From an uncultured Chloroflexia bacterium (lineage in GTDB: Bacteria; Chloroflexota; Limnocylindria; Limnocylindrales; CSP1-4): a DNA stretch of 64,000 nucleotides. The notes beneath the pieces were generated by a model, which ran no database searches, was not told the DNA's origin, and worked only from the letters and a program-made list of their open reading frames with translations. The stretch lies in assembly GCA_963810065.1 (NCBI GenBank), contig CAWELX010000006.1:270185-334184 (forward strand), read 5' to 3'. A program made the translations under genes and the position numbers. Positions 10,695 to 19,441 of this stretch are shown piece after piece (position 1 is the stretch's first letter; the number at the start of each line of letters is the position of its first letter).

Positions 10695-10895
10695 CTACAG
10701 CGACGTCGTGACGAAGAGGCAGATGGCGACGACGAGCCCGGCTCCCACGCCGACCGCGCCCGCGAGCCACGCGGCCCAGTTGACGGGCCCGAGCTTGTCG
10801 GCGTGGTCGCCGTGCTCGTCATGCCCGGCGTGCCCGTGGCCTGCGTCGTCCGGCTCGTGGGCCGGCGGGTGCTCGTCGTGGGTGGTGTCGCTCAT
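10695..10895 (-). CDS. Small protein (66 aa) with a His-rich N-terminus and a single TM segment
   Basis: MSDTTHDEHPPAHEPDDAGHGHAGHDEHGDHADK… followed by a hydrophobic helix. It is first in an apparent three-gene minus-strand operon. Confidence 0.35.
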   Translation of the reverse strand: MSDTTHDEHPPAHEPDDAGHGHAGHDEHGDHADKLGPVNWAAWLAGAVGVGAGLVVAICLFVTTSL

Positions 10896-10951
10896 GGCCG
10901 CATTCTAGCCCCGCCGCATCGCGCCTCTCCGACCCGCCGCGCCACGCGTCT

Positions 10952-11027
10952 GCGCGACCGCCACGCGTCTGCGCGACCGCCACGCGTCTGCGCGACCGCC
11001 ACGCGTCTGCGCGACCGCTGCCGCGCT
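10952..11027. repeat. 19-bp tandem repeat x4 (ccacgcgtctgcgcgaccg) in a divergent promoter region
   Basis: Four perfect copies, each with an ACGCGT palindrome. They lie between the minus-strand start at 10895 and the plus-strand GTG at 11076. Confidence 0.75.
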
Positions 11028-11075
11028 TCTCCGCGAGTGCCGCGCCGGCGTGCGACGGCAGGCTAGACTCCCCTT

Positions 11076-11750
11076 GTGACCCTCACCCTCGTCCTGACCC
11101 GGCATGGCCTGACCGACCGCTCCGACCCGGAGCAGCACCTCGGCCAGGGGATCGACGTCGGGCTGTCCGCGGCGGGGCGGGCACAGGCGGTCGCCCTTGC
11201 CGGCCGGATCGCCGACGAGCACTTCGACCGGATCGTGGCGAGCCCCCTGCGGCGGGCGATGGAGACGGCCGGGACGGTCGCACGGGGCCGGCCGGTGGAG
11301 CCCGACCCACGCCTGATGGAGATGGACTACGGCGCCTGGGAAGGGCTCACCTACGAGGAGATCGACGCCGGAGACGCCGCATCCCGCGCCCGCTGGGTCG
11401 CGGATCCCGGGTTGATCGCCTGTCCCAGGGGCGAATCCGGCGCCGATGTCGCGGCGCGCGCCCGCTCGTTCCTGGGGGACCTGCTGGGGTGGGCCGCGGA
11501 TCGCCCGGGCGACGACCCGGTCGTGCTGGCCGTCGCCCACAGCACGCTGAACCGGGTCCTGCTGTGCGTCGCCGTCGGGGTTCCCGTGGGCGAGTACCGG
11601 CGCCGTTTCACGCAGAGCCAGGCGAACCTGACCGTCCTGCGCTGGCCGACGGGCGCACCACCCGAGCAGGCGCGGATCCTGACCGTCAACGACGTCTCGC
11701 ACGTCGCCCCGCTTGGCCGGGCGCCATGGGAGCCCGCTCCGGGCGCCTGA
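11076..11750 (+). CDS. Histidine phosphatase family protein (phosphoglycerate mutase-like)
   Basis: The N-terminal LVLTRHG…RIVASPLRRAMETA is the RHG catalytic motif. Confidence 0.75.
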   Translation: MTLTLVLTRHGLTDRSDPEQHLGQGIDVGLSAAGRAQAVALAGRIADEHFDRIVASPLRRAMETAGTVARGRPVEPDPRLMEMDYGAWEGLTYEEIDAGDAASRARWVADPGLIACPRGESGADVAARARSFLGDLLGWAADRPGDDPVVLAVAHSTLNRVLLCVAVGVPVGEYRRRFTQSQANLTVLRWPTGAPPEQARILTVNDVSHVAPLGRAPWEPAPGA

Positions 11751-11876
11751 CGAGGCCGCCCGGGGAGCCGCCCTGGCCGGGTGGATGCCCCGGGTCCGAT
11801 GGGCGGCCAACGTCCGGCGTGCAACCCGGGCCGGTCGGACGGCCCAGCCCCGCCGGGCGACCCACCCCGCCGTGCG

Positions 11877-12572
11877 CTACTCGGCTCCCGGGTCCCGGTC
11901 CGGGTTCGGGTCGGGTGTGTGCCGACGGCCGGGCAGCGGGCGCCCCAGGCGGAGCCAGACGAAGGCGACGACCAGGCCGACCACGCCGACGGCGATCAGG
12001 AGGTCGAACGGCTGGAGCAACCGGCGGATCTCCTCCCAGTTGTTCCCGAGCTGGACGCCGGCCCACACCAGGGCCACCGACCAGAAGAAGGCGCCGGCCG
12101 TCGAGTAGACGATGAACTTGCGCACGTCCATCCGGGCGACGCCGGCCGGGAAGCTGATGAAGGTCCGGACGATCGGCAGGAGCCGGCCGATGAAGACGGT
12201 CTGCGAGCCCCAGCGCGCAAAGAAGTGGTCCGCGATCTCGATCTCGTGCTCGCGGATCAGCAGGTACTTGCCGTACCGCTCCAGGAACGGCCGGCCGCCC
12301 CAGGCGCCGATCGCATACGCAACGAGCGACCCGAGCGTGTTCCCGATCGTGCCCACGATCACCACGATCCAGAAGCTCCAGGGCTGGCCCGTGATGGGCT
12401 CGACCTGGCTGGGGTCGGAGACGAGGAACCCCGCGAACGGCAGGATCAGCTCGGAGGGGAGTGGGATCATCGCCGATTCGATGGCCATGGCCAGCATCAC
12501 GCCGAGGTAGCCGGCGGCGCCATACAGGGATTCCAGGAACGGGATGACGATCTCGTCGATGAAGGCAAGCAT
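11877..12572 (-). CDS. DedA/SNARE-associated (TVP38/TMEM64) family membrane protein
   Basis: MLAFIDEIVIPFLESLYG…GYLGVMLAMAIESAMIPLPSELILPFAGFL… is the DedA signature. The ATG sits at 12572. Confidence 0.8.
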   Translation of the reverse strand: MLAFIDEIVIPFLESLYGAAGYLGVMLAMAIESAMIPLPSELILPFAGFLVSDPSQVEPITGQPWSFWIVVIVGTIGNTLGSLVAYAIGAWGGRPFLERYGKYLLIREHEIEIADHFFARWGSQTVFIGRLLPIVRTFISFPAGVARMDVRKFIVYSTAGAFFWSVALVWAGVQLGNNWEEIRRLLQPFDLLIAVGVVGLVVAFVWLRLGRPLPGRRHTPDPNPDRDPGAE

Positions 12573-12635
12573 CGTCGGGGAGGATACGCGACGAACGCGG
12601 CCCGCGGCCGGGCGCCTGCGGTCGGGTGCGGGCGA

Positions 12636-14372
12636 ATGCCGCCTTGGACGCGGCCGGCCGGCCCGCCGACCGCAGCCCTGCGGGGCTATGCTCGCCGCGT
12701 GAGCGACTCCGGCGCGCGCCCCATCGACCATCCCACTGGCCCCCACTTCGAGCCGGGGCGTCCCGCGCCCGGCGCGGCAGCCGGGGAGGTGGTCCTGACC
12801 GGCGCCGACCTCACCGTGGGCGACGTCGAGGCCGTGGCCCGGGGAGGAGCGCGCGCTGCCCTCGACCTCCATGCCCGGGCCCGGATGGAGGAGGCGCGGG
12901 CCGTCGTCGCCCGCCTCGTCGCCGCCGGCGAGGTCGTCTACGGGATCACGACGGGCTTCGGCGATCTCGCCACCACGTACATCCCGCCGGAGGATGCGCG
13001 TCGTCTCCAGGAGAACCTGCTCGTGAGCCACGCCGTGGGCGTGGGGCCGTCGCTGCCGCGCGACGTGGTGCGGGCGATGCTCCTCCTCCGGGCGAACACG
13101 CTCGCGCTGGGGCACTCGGGCTGCCGGCCGGACGTCGTGGATCGCCTGCTGCGATTCCTCGAGCTCGGTATCCACCCGGTCGTTCCCGCCAAGGGGAGCG
13201 TGGGCGCGTCCGGGGACCTCGCTCCGCTGGCCCACCTTGCCTTGCCGATCATCGGGCATGGCGACGTGGAGCTCGGCGGCCACGTCATGCCGGCCCTGCT
13301 GGCCCTGCGGGAGGAGGGCCTGGAACCGCTCGTCCTGGAGGCGAAGGAGGGTCTCGCGCTCCTCAACGGCACCCAGCTGATGAGCGCGATCGGTGCGCTG
13401 CTCCTGGCCGACGCCGACCGCCTGGCCCGGACGGCCTCGGTCGCGGCGGCCCTGTCCGTCGAGGCACTCCTCGGGACGGACGTCGCGTATGCCGCCGCCT
13501 ACCAGCTGGCGCGGCCGCACCCGGGCCAGGTGATGGTGGCCGGCGAGATGCGGCACCTGCTCCGCGGCTCCGGCCTGATGGCCCACCATCACGCCTCGGC
13601 CCACAAGGTCCAGGACCCGTACTCGCTGCGCTGCGTGCCGCAGGTCCACGGCGCGGTGCGCGACGCCCTCGACCACCTGCGCCGCGTCCTCGACGTCGAG
13701 ATGAACGCGGCGACCGACAACCCGCTCATCTTTCCGGAGGGTGGCGTCGCCGACGCCGAAGCAGCCGCGACCGGCGGCGGCCTCGTGATCTCCGGCGGCA
13801 ACTTCCACGGCGAGCCGATCGCCCTCGCGCTCGACTTCGCGAAGCTCGCGATCGCGGAGCTCGGGGCGATCAGCGAGCGCCGGATCGCGTTGCTGCTCGA
13901 CGCCCGCCTCAACGGCGGCCTGCCGCCCTTCCTGGCCCGGGAGAGCGGCCTCAACTCCGGGATGATGATGCTCCAGTACACGGCCGCCGCCCTCGCCTCG
14001 GAGAACAAGGTCCTGGTGCACCCCGCGTCGGCCGATTCGATCCCGACGTCGGCGAACCAGGAAGACCACGTGTCGATGGGCGCCACGGCGGCCCGCCACG
14101 CCGCCGAGGTGCGCGACAACGTCGAGCGGATCCTGGCCCTGGAGCTGCTCGTGGGAGCACAGGCGCTGGACATGCGGCGCGACCTCGTCGCCTCGGCCAA
14201 CGGCGTGCCGACGGCGGAGGCGCCCGAGGCGGGGGCCGGGGTGGCGGAGGCGCATCGGCGCATCCGGGGCGTCGTCGCGCGGCTCGACCGGGACCGGGAG
14301 ATGGGCCAGGACATCAAGGCCGTGACGCGGCTCGTGCGGGCCGGAGGGCTCGTCGACCTCGTGGACGCCTGA
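12636..14372 (+). CDS. hutH: Histidine ammonia-lyase
   Basis: …GSVGASGDLAPLAHLAL… contains the ASG triad that forms the MIO cofactor. There is full-length similarity to HutH. An alternative start is the GTG at 12699. Confidence 0.9.
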   Translation: MPPWTRPAGPPTAALRGYARRVSDSGARPIDHPTGPHFEPGRPAPGAAAGEVVLTGADLTVGDVEAVARGGARAALDLHARARMEEARAVVARLVAAGEVVYGITTGFGDLATTYIPPEDARRLQENLLVSHAVGVGPSLPRDVVRAMLLLRANTLALGHSGCRPDVVDRLLRFLELGIHPVVPAKGSVGASGDLAPLAHLALPIIGHGDVELGGHVMPALLALREEGLEPLVLEAKEGLALLNGTQLMSAIGALLLADADRLARTASVAAALSVEALLGTDVAYAAAYQLARPHPGQVMVAGEMRHLLRGSGLMAHHHASAHKVQDPYSLRCVPQVHGAVRDALDHLRRVLDVEMNAATDNPLIFPEGGVADAEAAATGGGLVISGGNFHGEPIALALDFAKLAIAELGAISERRIALLLDARLNGGLPPFLARESGLNSGMMMLQYTAAALASENKVLVHPASADSIPTSANQEDHVSMGATAARHAAEVRDNVERILALELLVGAQALDMRRDLVASANGVPTAEAPEAGAGVAEAHRRIRGVVARLDRDREMGQDIKAVTRLVRAGGLVDLVDA

Positions 14373-14400
14373 CCCGAACCGACGGACGACGGACGGCGCG

Positions 14401-15027
14401 GTGCTGGAGTACCTCGCGACGGGCGCCGTCCTGGGCCTCGCGGCCGGCTTCGCGCCGGGCCCCCTCATGGCCCTGGTGCTGGCCCAGTCCATCCGCTACG
14501 GGACCCGCGAGGGGCAGAAGGTCGCGCTGGCGCCCCTCATCACCGACATCCCGATCGTGCTCCTCGCGACCGCCCTCGTGGCCGCGGCGGCCGAGGCGGC
14601 GCTTGGCCTGCTCGGTGCGATCTCGCTCGCAGGCGCCGTCTTCGTTGCCTACCTCGGGGTCGAGTCGATCCGCACGACCGGCGTCGCTGCCGCGCGGCCG
14701 GACGAGGCGGCGCGCTCCTGGACGCGGGGCGCGGTGGTCAACGCGCTGAGCCCGCACCCGTACCTGTTCTGGATCACGGTCGGGGCGCCGACGCTGATCC
14801 GGGCCTGGACGGACGGCCCGCTGGCGGCCGCAGGGTTCCTCGTCGGCTTCTACGCCTGCCTGGTCGGCGCGAAGATGCTGCTCGCGGTCGTCGCCGGGCG
14901 CTCCGGCGGGCGGCTCTCCAGCGGCGCCTACCGCGGCGTGATGGTCGTGCTGGGCTGCCTGCTCCTGCTGTTCGCGGTTCGCCTGGCGGTCGAAGGACTC
15001 CGGCTGCTGGGGTTGTTGGCGCTGTGA
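14401..15027 (+). CDS. LysE/RhtB family amino-acid exporter
   Basis: 208 aa with six TM helices. …GAVLGLAAGFAPGPL… is typical of the LysE family. Confidence 0.75.
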   Translation: MLEYLATGAVLGLAAGFAPGPLMALVLAQSIRYGTREGQKVALAPLITDIPIVLLATALVAAAAEAALGLLGAISLAGAVFVAYLGVESIRTTGVAAARPDEAARSWTRGAVVNALSPHPYLFWITVGAPTLIRAWTDGPLAAAGFLVGFYACLVGAKMLLAVVAGRSGGRLSSGAYRGVMVVLGCLLLLFAVRLAVEGLRLLGLLAL

Positions 15028-15069
15028 CCGTGCGCCGCCACGAACCGTTGGACGCGACGAACAGACCGC

Positions 15070-15762
15070 TCAGCCGCGCAGGCGCTTCCGGATTGCGCCG
15101 ATGCCGAGGAGGCTCACCCCGACGGCCAGCGCCTGGCGCCAGGTCCAGCCGAGGCCCCCTGGATCATCCGGTCCGGCGGCCAGCGGCGAGCCGTCCGCAG
15201 GAGCCACCCGGATGAGCGGCACGAACGAGACGCATTCGAGGATCCGCTCGTCGGTGGAGGTTGGCGGGAAGCAGCCGATCATCGCCCCCGGCAGCGCCAT
15301 GGAGCGGCACAGGGGCGGGATGACCCGGGCCCGGGTGCTGGGGTCGAGCACTTCCGTCGCGAGCGCCGCGATGGGCGACCTGGCGGGAAGGAGGAGCTCG
15401 ACGCGCGGGTCGTCGAGGACGTTGCGGTACCAGAGCGTGCTGGGGCCGTACCCGGCCATCACCCAGGCGGCCCCGTCCATCACGAGATAGCCCAGCGGCG
15501 TATGGCGCGGGAGGCCCGAGCGGCGGCCGATGGTCGTGACCAGGCACTGCCAGCCGGTGACGGGGTTGCCGAGCCAGGCGGCCAGGCCGGCCCGGTGCGC
15601 CGGCACCACGCCGTAGCGGTTGGCGTACCGAAAGAACGTGCGGCTCGCGTCGGAAGCCGTCTTGAGGGTCCCGCTGAGATCGGGCGGCACGGTGAGCGTG
15701 CCGGCCAGGGGAGTGGAGGTGTCGGAGGGGAGCGCGGCAGGCGGTTCGGCGGTCGCGGTCAT
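15070..15762 (-). CDS. Nitroreductase-family deazaflavin (F420)-dependent oxidoreductase (DUF385/PNPOx-like)
   Basis: …GRRSGLPRHTPLGYLVMDGAAWVMAGYGPSTLWYRNVLDDPRVEL… matches the Ddn-like family. Confidence 0.65.
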   Translation of the reverse strand: MTATAEPPAALPSDTSTPLAGTLTVPPDLSGTLKTASDASRTFFRYANRYGVVPAHRAGLAAWLGNPVTGWQCLVTTIGRRSGLPRHTPLGYLVMDGAAWVMAGYGPSTLWYRNVLDDPRVELLLPARSPIAALATEVLDPSTRARVIPPLCRSMALPGAMIGCFPPTSTDERILECVSFVPLIRVAPADGSPLAAGPDDPGGLGWTWRQALAVGVSLLGIGAIRKRLRG

Positions 15763-15940
15763 GGCGCGAGGATTGCCCGCGCTGCGCCGTGCCGCCAGTG
15801 CCGCCTGTCCCGAAGGGACGAGCGGATGGTCCAGGCGCCGGCGCCGCCACCGCGGTCGGTGCGCGCGGCCTGCCGCCCTGCGTGGCTCCACTGCCCCATG
15901 CGCCGCCACCGCGGCCACCGTGGCGGCGTACGATCCGAGC

Positions 15941-16741
15941 ATGGACCGGATCCGCATCGTCGACGTCACGGAGGCGGCAGCGTTCGGCCTCCTCCCGCCG
16001 TGCGCCGACGCGTCGTTCGACCACCGCAGCTGCGACTACTGGGAGGATGCCGACCGGGGGTCGAAGGCGCACCGGGCGAGCTGGCTGCGGACCGGGGAGG
16101 AATCCGGGGACAAGGCGTCGCCGCCGGCGCCCCGGCCGCCGACCAACCCGTTCCTGGCCGATCTCGAGGCCCGTGAGGACAACCCCTTCGCGCTGAAGCG
16201 CTCGGCACCGGTCAATCCCTTCGCCCTTGATGACGACGACGACCCGCTCGACGACAACCCGTTCGCTCCGAGGAAGGCTGCCCGGCCCACCCTCGGCCCG
16301 CACGCAGCCCCGAAGCTCGCCCTCCTGGGGCGCGGCCTGGCGGTCTTCGGGAGCTACGCGAAGGTGCTGCTCGTGGAGGACGGCGATGCCGAGAGCGACG
16401 AACGACCCGTCGCGTATGCCCAGTTCGGCCCGCTGTCCGCGTACCCCCGCGCGCTGCGCACGCGCGATCTCTACCCGCGCCTGCCGCAGGCGCCGCTCCC
16501 CGCCGTGATCACCTGCGTGGCCGTGGCGGCGGCCGACCGCGGGCGAGGGTTCGGGCAGCGCCTCGTCGCGGCGATCTGCGGCGACCTGGCCGGTCGCGGC
16601 TTCGCGGCCGTCGAGGCCTACCCGGAGATCGGGACGCGCGCCGACGCGACGTCGGCCGCGACGCCGGCGTTCTGGGTGCGAGCCGGCTTCACGGTCGTCG
16701 TTCCCGACGAACGGTTCCCGGTCGTCCGGCGCGAGCTCTGA
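15941..16741 (+). CDS. GNAT family N-acetyltransferase
   Basis: The C-terminal …VAVAAADRGRGFGQRLVAAICGDLAGRGFAAVEAY… is an acetyl-CoA binding motif. The start is taken as MDRIRIVDV. Confidence 0.6.
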   Translation: MDRIRIVDVTEAAAFGLLPPCADASFDHRSCDYWEDADRGSKAHRASWLRTGEESGDKASPPAPRPPTNPFLADLEAREDNPFALKRSAPVNPFALDDDDDPLDDNPFAPRKAARPTLGPHAAPKLALLGRGLAVFGSYAKVLLVEDGDAESDERPVAYAQFGPLSAYPRALRTRDLYPRLPQAPLPAVITCVAVAAADRGRGFGQRLVAAICGDLAGRGFAAVEAYPEIGTRADATSAATPAFWVRAGFTVVVPDERFPVVRREL

Positions 16742-16796
16742 AGGCTCCCTCCGGAGCGGATCCCGGCCCGGCCGACGCACGACGGAAGGTCGCGCC

Positions 16797-17389
16797 TTAC
16801 GCTGGCGGCTGCGTGGGCGGTGCCGGGGTGACGCGCTCGCGGGCGACGAGGCGCAGGCGGTCGAGCGCGCCGGGGAGGACGTCGATACACCAGCCGCCGG
16901 GCAGCGCAGCCGAGGGCACGACGATCGCGTCGGCACCGGCCGCCAGGGCGGCCTCCATCACCCGCCGGCATGCGCGGTTCGGACGGTCCGGCGACCAGGG
17001 CGCCACGAGGTCGACCAGCGTGACGCCGAGGACCGCGCGGGTCGCGTCGTCACGGAGGTCCAGCACGCTGAGGTCCGCCTCGAAGCTGCAGCACCAACGG
17101 GGGTCGTCCTCGGGGCGCACGGCACCGGCCGTCGCGTGCGCCCACTCGGCCCAGATCGTCGGCTCGTCGAGCGCGCCGTAGAGCGGCCACGGGTCGCCCG
17201 GGCCGTGGTAGCGCCCGGCGTGCGACGCGGGCTGCGCGGGCGGCAGGCAGGCGGGGACGTGGAGCGCCGTCTGCCGGTAGATCCGGCCGCTGTAGCGGGC
17301 GAGCGGCGCCTCCTGGTGGGCTCGCGCGCGCCGCGGCCGGGCCGACCGCGCCGACCGGCCCCGGGGCGGCGAGGCGCCGGGCGGCTCGC
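16797..17389 (-). CDS. RES-domain toxin (MbcT/ParT-like, NAD+-targeting family). No canonical start codon was found; a CTG at about 17392 overlaps the antitoxin stop.
   Basis: My own translation of the minus strand gives …[11 protein letters not shown]…[25 protein letters not shown]…[21 protein letters not shown]… These carry the R, E and S motifs of RES toxins. Confidence 0.55.
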
Positions 17390-17710
17390 TCAGGTGGCGT
17401 CGCCGGCCGCGTAGGCCAACGCGGCGCCCCGGACCTGCTCCGTCTCACCGCGGGCGAGGAGATCGGCGGGCCGCTCGCCGGCCAGGTAGGCGCTTGGCGC
17501 CGTGAGCCAGGCCGCCGTCCCGCGCGCCGTCATCGAGCGCCAGGATCCCCGCGACCGCCGCGAGGTCGGCCAGGCGGTCCACGTACGTCCTGCGGCGGGG
17601 GGTCGTGCCGGCCCGCCAGCGTTCTGCCGTCCGGACGCTGGCGCCCGTGGCCGCCGCGACGGTGCGCGCCGGGAGCGAGCGGACGAGGTCGGTGGAGGCG
17701 AGCCCCATCG
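17390..17710 (-). pseudogene. Xre/MbcA/ParS-like antitoxin (DUF2384 C-terminal motif) with an internal frameshift near 17505-17520
   Basis: The N-terminus in one frame ([31 protein letters not shown]…LDDGARD) matches MbcA. The C-terminus (…[41 protein letters not shown]) is in another frame and ends at 17390, abutting the toxin. Confidence 0.55.
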
Positions 17711-17840
17711 GATCAGCCCAGCCCGCGGCCGCGGAAGGCGTCGGCGTGGGCCATCGGTCAGCCCAGCCGCGGCCGCGGAAGGCGTGGCGTGGGCCATCGG
17801 TCAGCCCAGCCTGCGGCCGCGGAAGGCGTTGGCATGGGCC
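17704..17840. repeat. About 46-bp tandem repeat x3. Each unit contains a GCGGCCGCGG palindrome and an ATG. The array overlaps and precedes the antitoxin start.
   Basis: gggccatcggtcagcccagcc(n)gcggccgcggaaggcgt(n)ggcrt repeated three times. Confidence 0.65.
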
Positions 17841-19126
17841 GGGAAGCCTTCGTGGTCTGCAAGGGCCGTCGTCGGGCCGGCGAGCCCGGCGAGCGCCTCC
17901 GGCGAGAGGCGTGCGATCGAGGTCGTCGTCTGGAACGTGCGCGCTGTCACGCCGCCGTTGAGCTTCGCGAACCCGCCGGTCGGGAGCGTCGCCGGGACTC
18001 CGATCGAGTAGCTGCTGGCGCCGATCGGCGTGTCCTGCCCCAGCAGGATCTCGCCGGCGTAGCGCAGGTCGCGCAGGGTGACCTCCGGGTCGGCCGTGGC
18101 GACCTGCATGTGCTCCGCGGCGTACTCGTTGGCGAACGCGATCGCCTCCGCCATCGTGTCGAACAGGAGCACCCCGCCGAGGTCGCCCAGGACGGCGGTG
18201 GCGTACGCGCGGCGCGGTTCGGGGAGGGCGGCCACCTGCTCGGCGACGGCCCCTTCGATGGCGCCGACCAGCCCGGCTGCGTCGGTCACGACGAGGGCCG
18301 CGGAGTCCGTCCCGTGCTCCGCCTCGTTGACGAGGTCGAGGGCCAGCCGCCACGGGTCGGCGGTGGCGTCTGCCAGGAGCAGGCTCTCCGAGGGTCCGCA
18401 GAGCATGTTGGTCGCGGTGCCGAAGCGCTGGGCCAGGACCTGGGCCGCGGTCACGGCCGGGCTGCCGGGTCCGACGATCTTCACCACGCGCGGGAAGGTC
18501 GCGGTGCCGAAGGCGAGCGCCGCGATCCCGGCCGGGCCGTTCGCCCGGAAGACGTTCACCAGGCCCAGCTCGTGCGCAACAACAAGCGTCGCGGGATCGA
18601 CGGCGCCCGTGCCCGGCATCGGCGGGACCAGCACGGCGACGTCCGGCACGCCGGCCACGACCGCCGGGACGCCGATCTGCACGAGGACAGACGGGAAGCT
18701 GCCCTTGCCGGCAGGCACGTAGAGGCCGGCCGACGGGATCGGGGAGACCTGCTCGCCCAGCTCGAAGCCCGGCCGCACCTCGGCCAGCCAGCCGAGGGCC
18801 GACGCCCGGACCTGGGCCGTGTTGAAGAGGCGGCTGTTGTGGATCGCCTCGCGGATGCCGGCCAGCAGGGCGGGCGGGCAGGCGGCGTGGGCGGCCGCCA
18901 GCTCTTCGGGATGCACGCGGAGGTCGTCGGGTGCGAGCCGGACGCCGTCGAAGCGCTCGGTGGCGTCGACGACGGCGGCGTCGCCGCGCTCGCGGACATC
19001 GTCGAAGAGCGCCTCGATCGAGGCCATCAGCCCCGGGTCGAAGACGGCGGCGGTCGATCGGGCGAGGAGGCGGGTCTGCTCGACGGCATCGAGGTCGACC
19101 CAGCGGCGAACGGCGAGGATTCCCAT
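17801..19126 (-). CDS. hisD: Histidinol dehydrogenase family protein
   Basis: 442 aa. …[48 protein letters not shown]… matches HisD catalytic motifs. It is divergent from hutU. Confidence 0.78.
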   Translation of the reverse strand: MGILAVRRWVDLDAVEQTRLLARSTAAVFDPGLMASIEALFDDVRERGDAAVVDATERFDGVRLAPDDLRVHPEELAAAHAACPPALLAGIREAIHNSRLFNTAQVRASALGWLAEVRPGFELGEQVSPIPSAGLYVPAGKGSFPSVLVQIGVPAVVAGVPDVAVLVPPMPGTGAVDPATLVVAHELGLVNVFRANGPAGIAALAFGTATFPRVVKIVGPGSPAVTAAQVLAQRFGTATNMLCGPSESLLLADATADPWRLALDLVNEAEHGTDSAALVVTDAAGLVGAIEGAVAEQVAALPEPRRAYATAVLGDLGGVLLFDTMAEAIAFANEYAAEHMQVATADPEVTLRDLRYAGEILLGQDTPIGASSYSIGVPATLPTGGFAKLNGGVTARTFQTTTSIARLSPEALAGLAGPTTALADHEGFPAHANAFRGRRLG

Positions 19127-19441
19127 TGCCCCGCGAGCGTAGCGGATCGCAGCCCGTACGACCCGCGTCGCCTCGGACGACGCCTGCGAGCAGCGGGCGG
19201 CGGCGGGCAGGGCAACCGGAAGGTGGCGCCCTCTGCCGCGTGCAGGGGCCGTTGTCCGCGAGACGGCGCGAGGCGGTCGCGTGGCGGCCGTGGCGCCACC
19301 GACTCGACGAACGGTCCTCGGGCGCACGAACGACCAACTCCCCGCGGAGCGGAGCTCGCGGCGGAGCAGAGCGGAGCCCACCTCGCCGTCGGTGGGCGGA
19401 TTCGCCGTGACGGCGGCGCGCGGCCGCGCGACACTCTGCGC

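Noticed and set aside
12626-14749. 707-aa plus-strand ORF overlapping hutH in another frame
   Set aside because: It is an out-of-frame read of hutH through high-GC sequence, with no recognisable domain. hutH in the other frame has clear family motifs.
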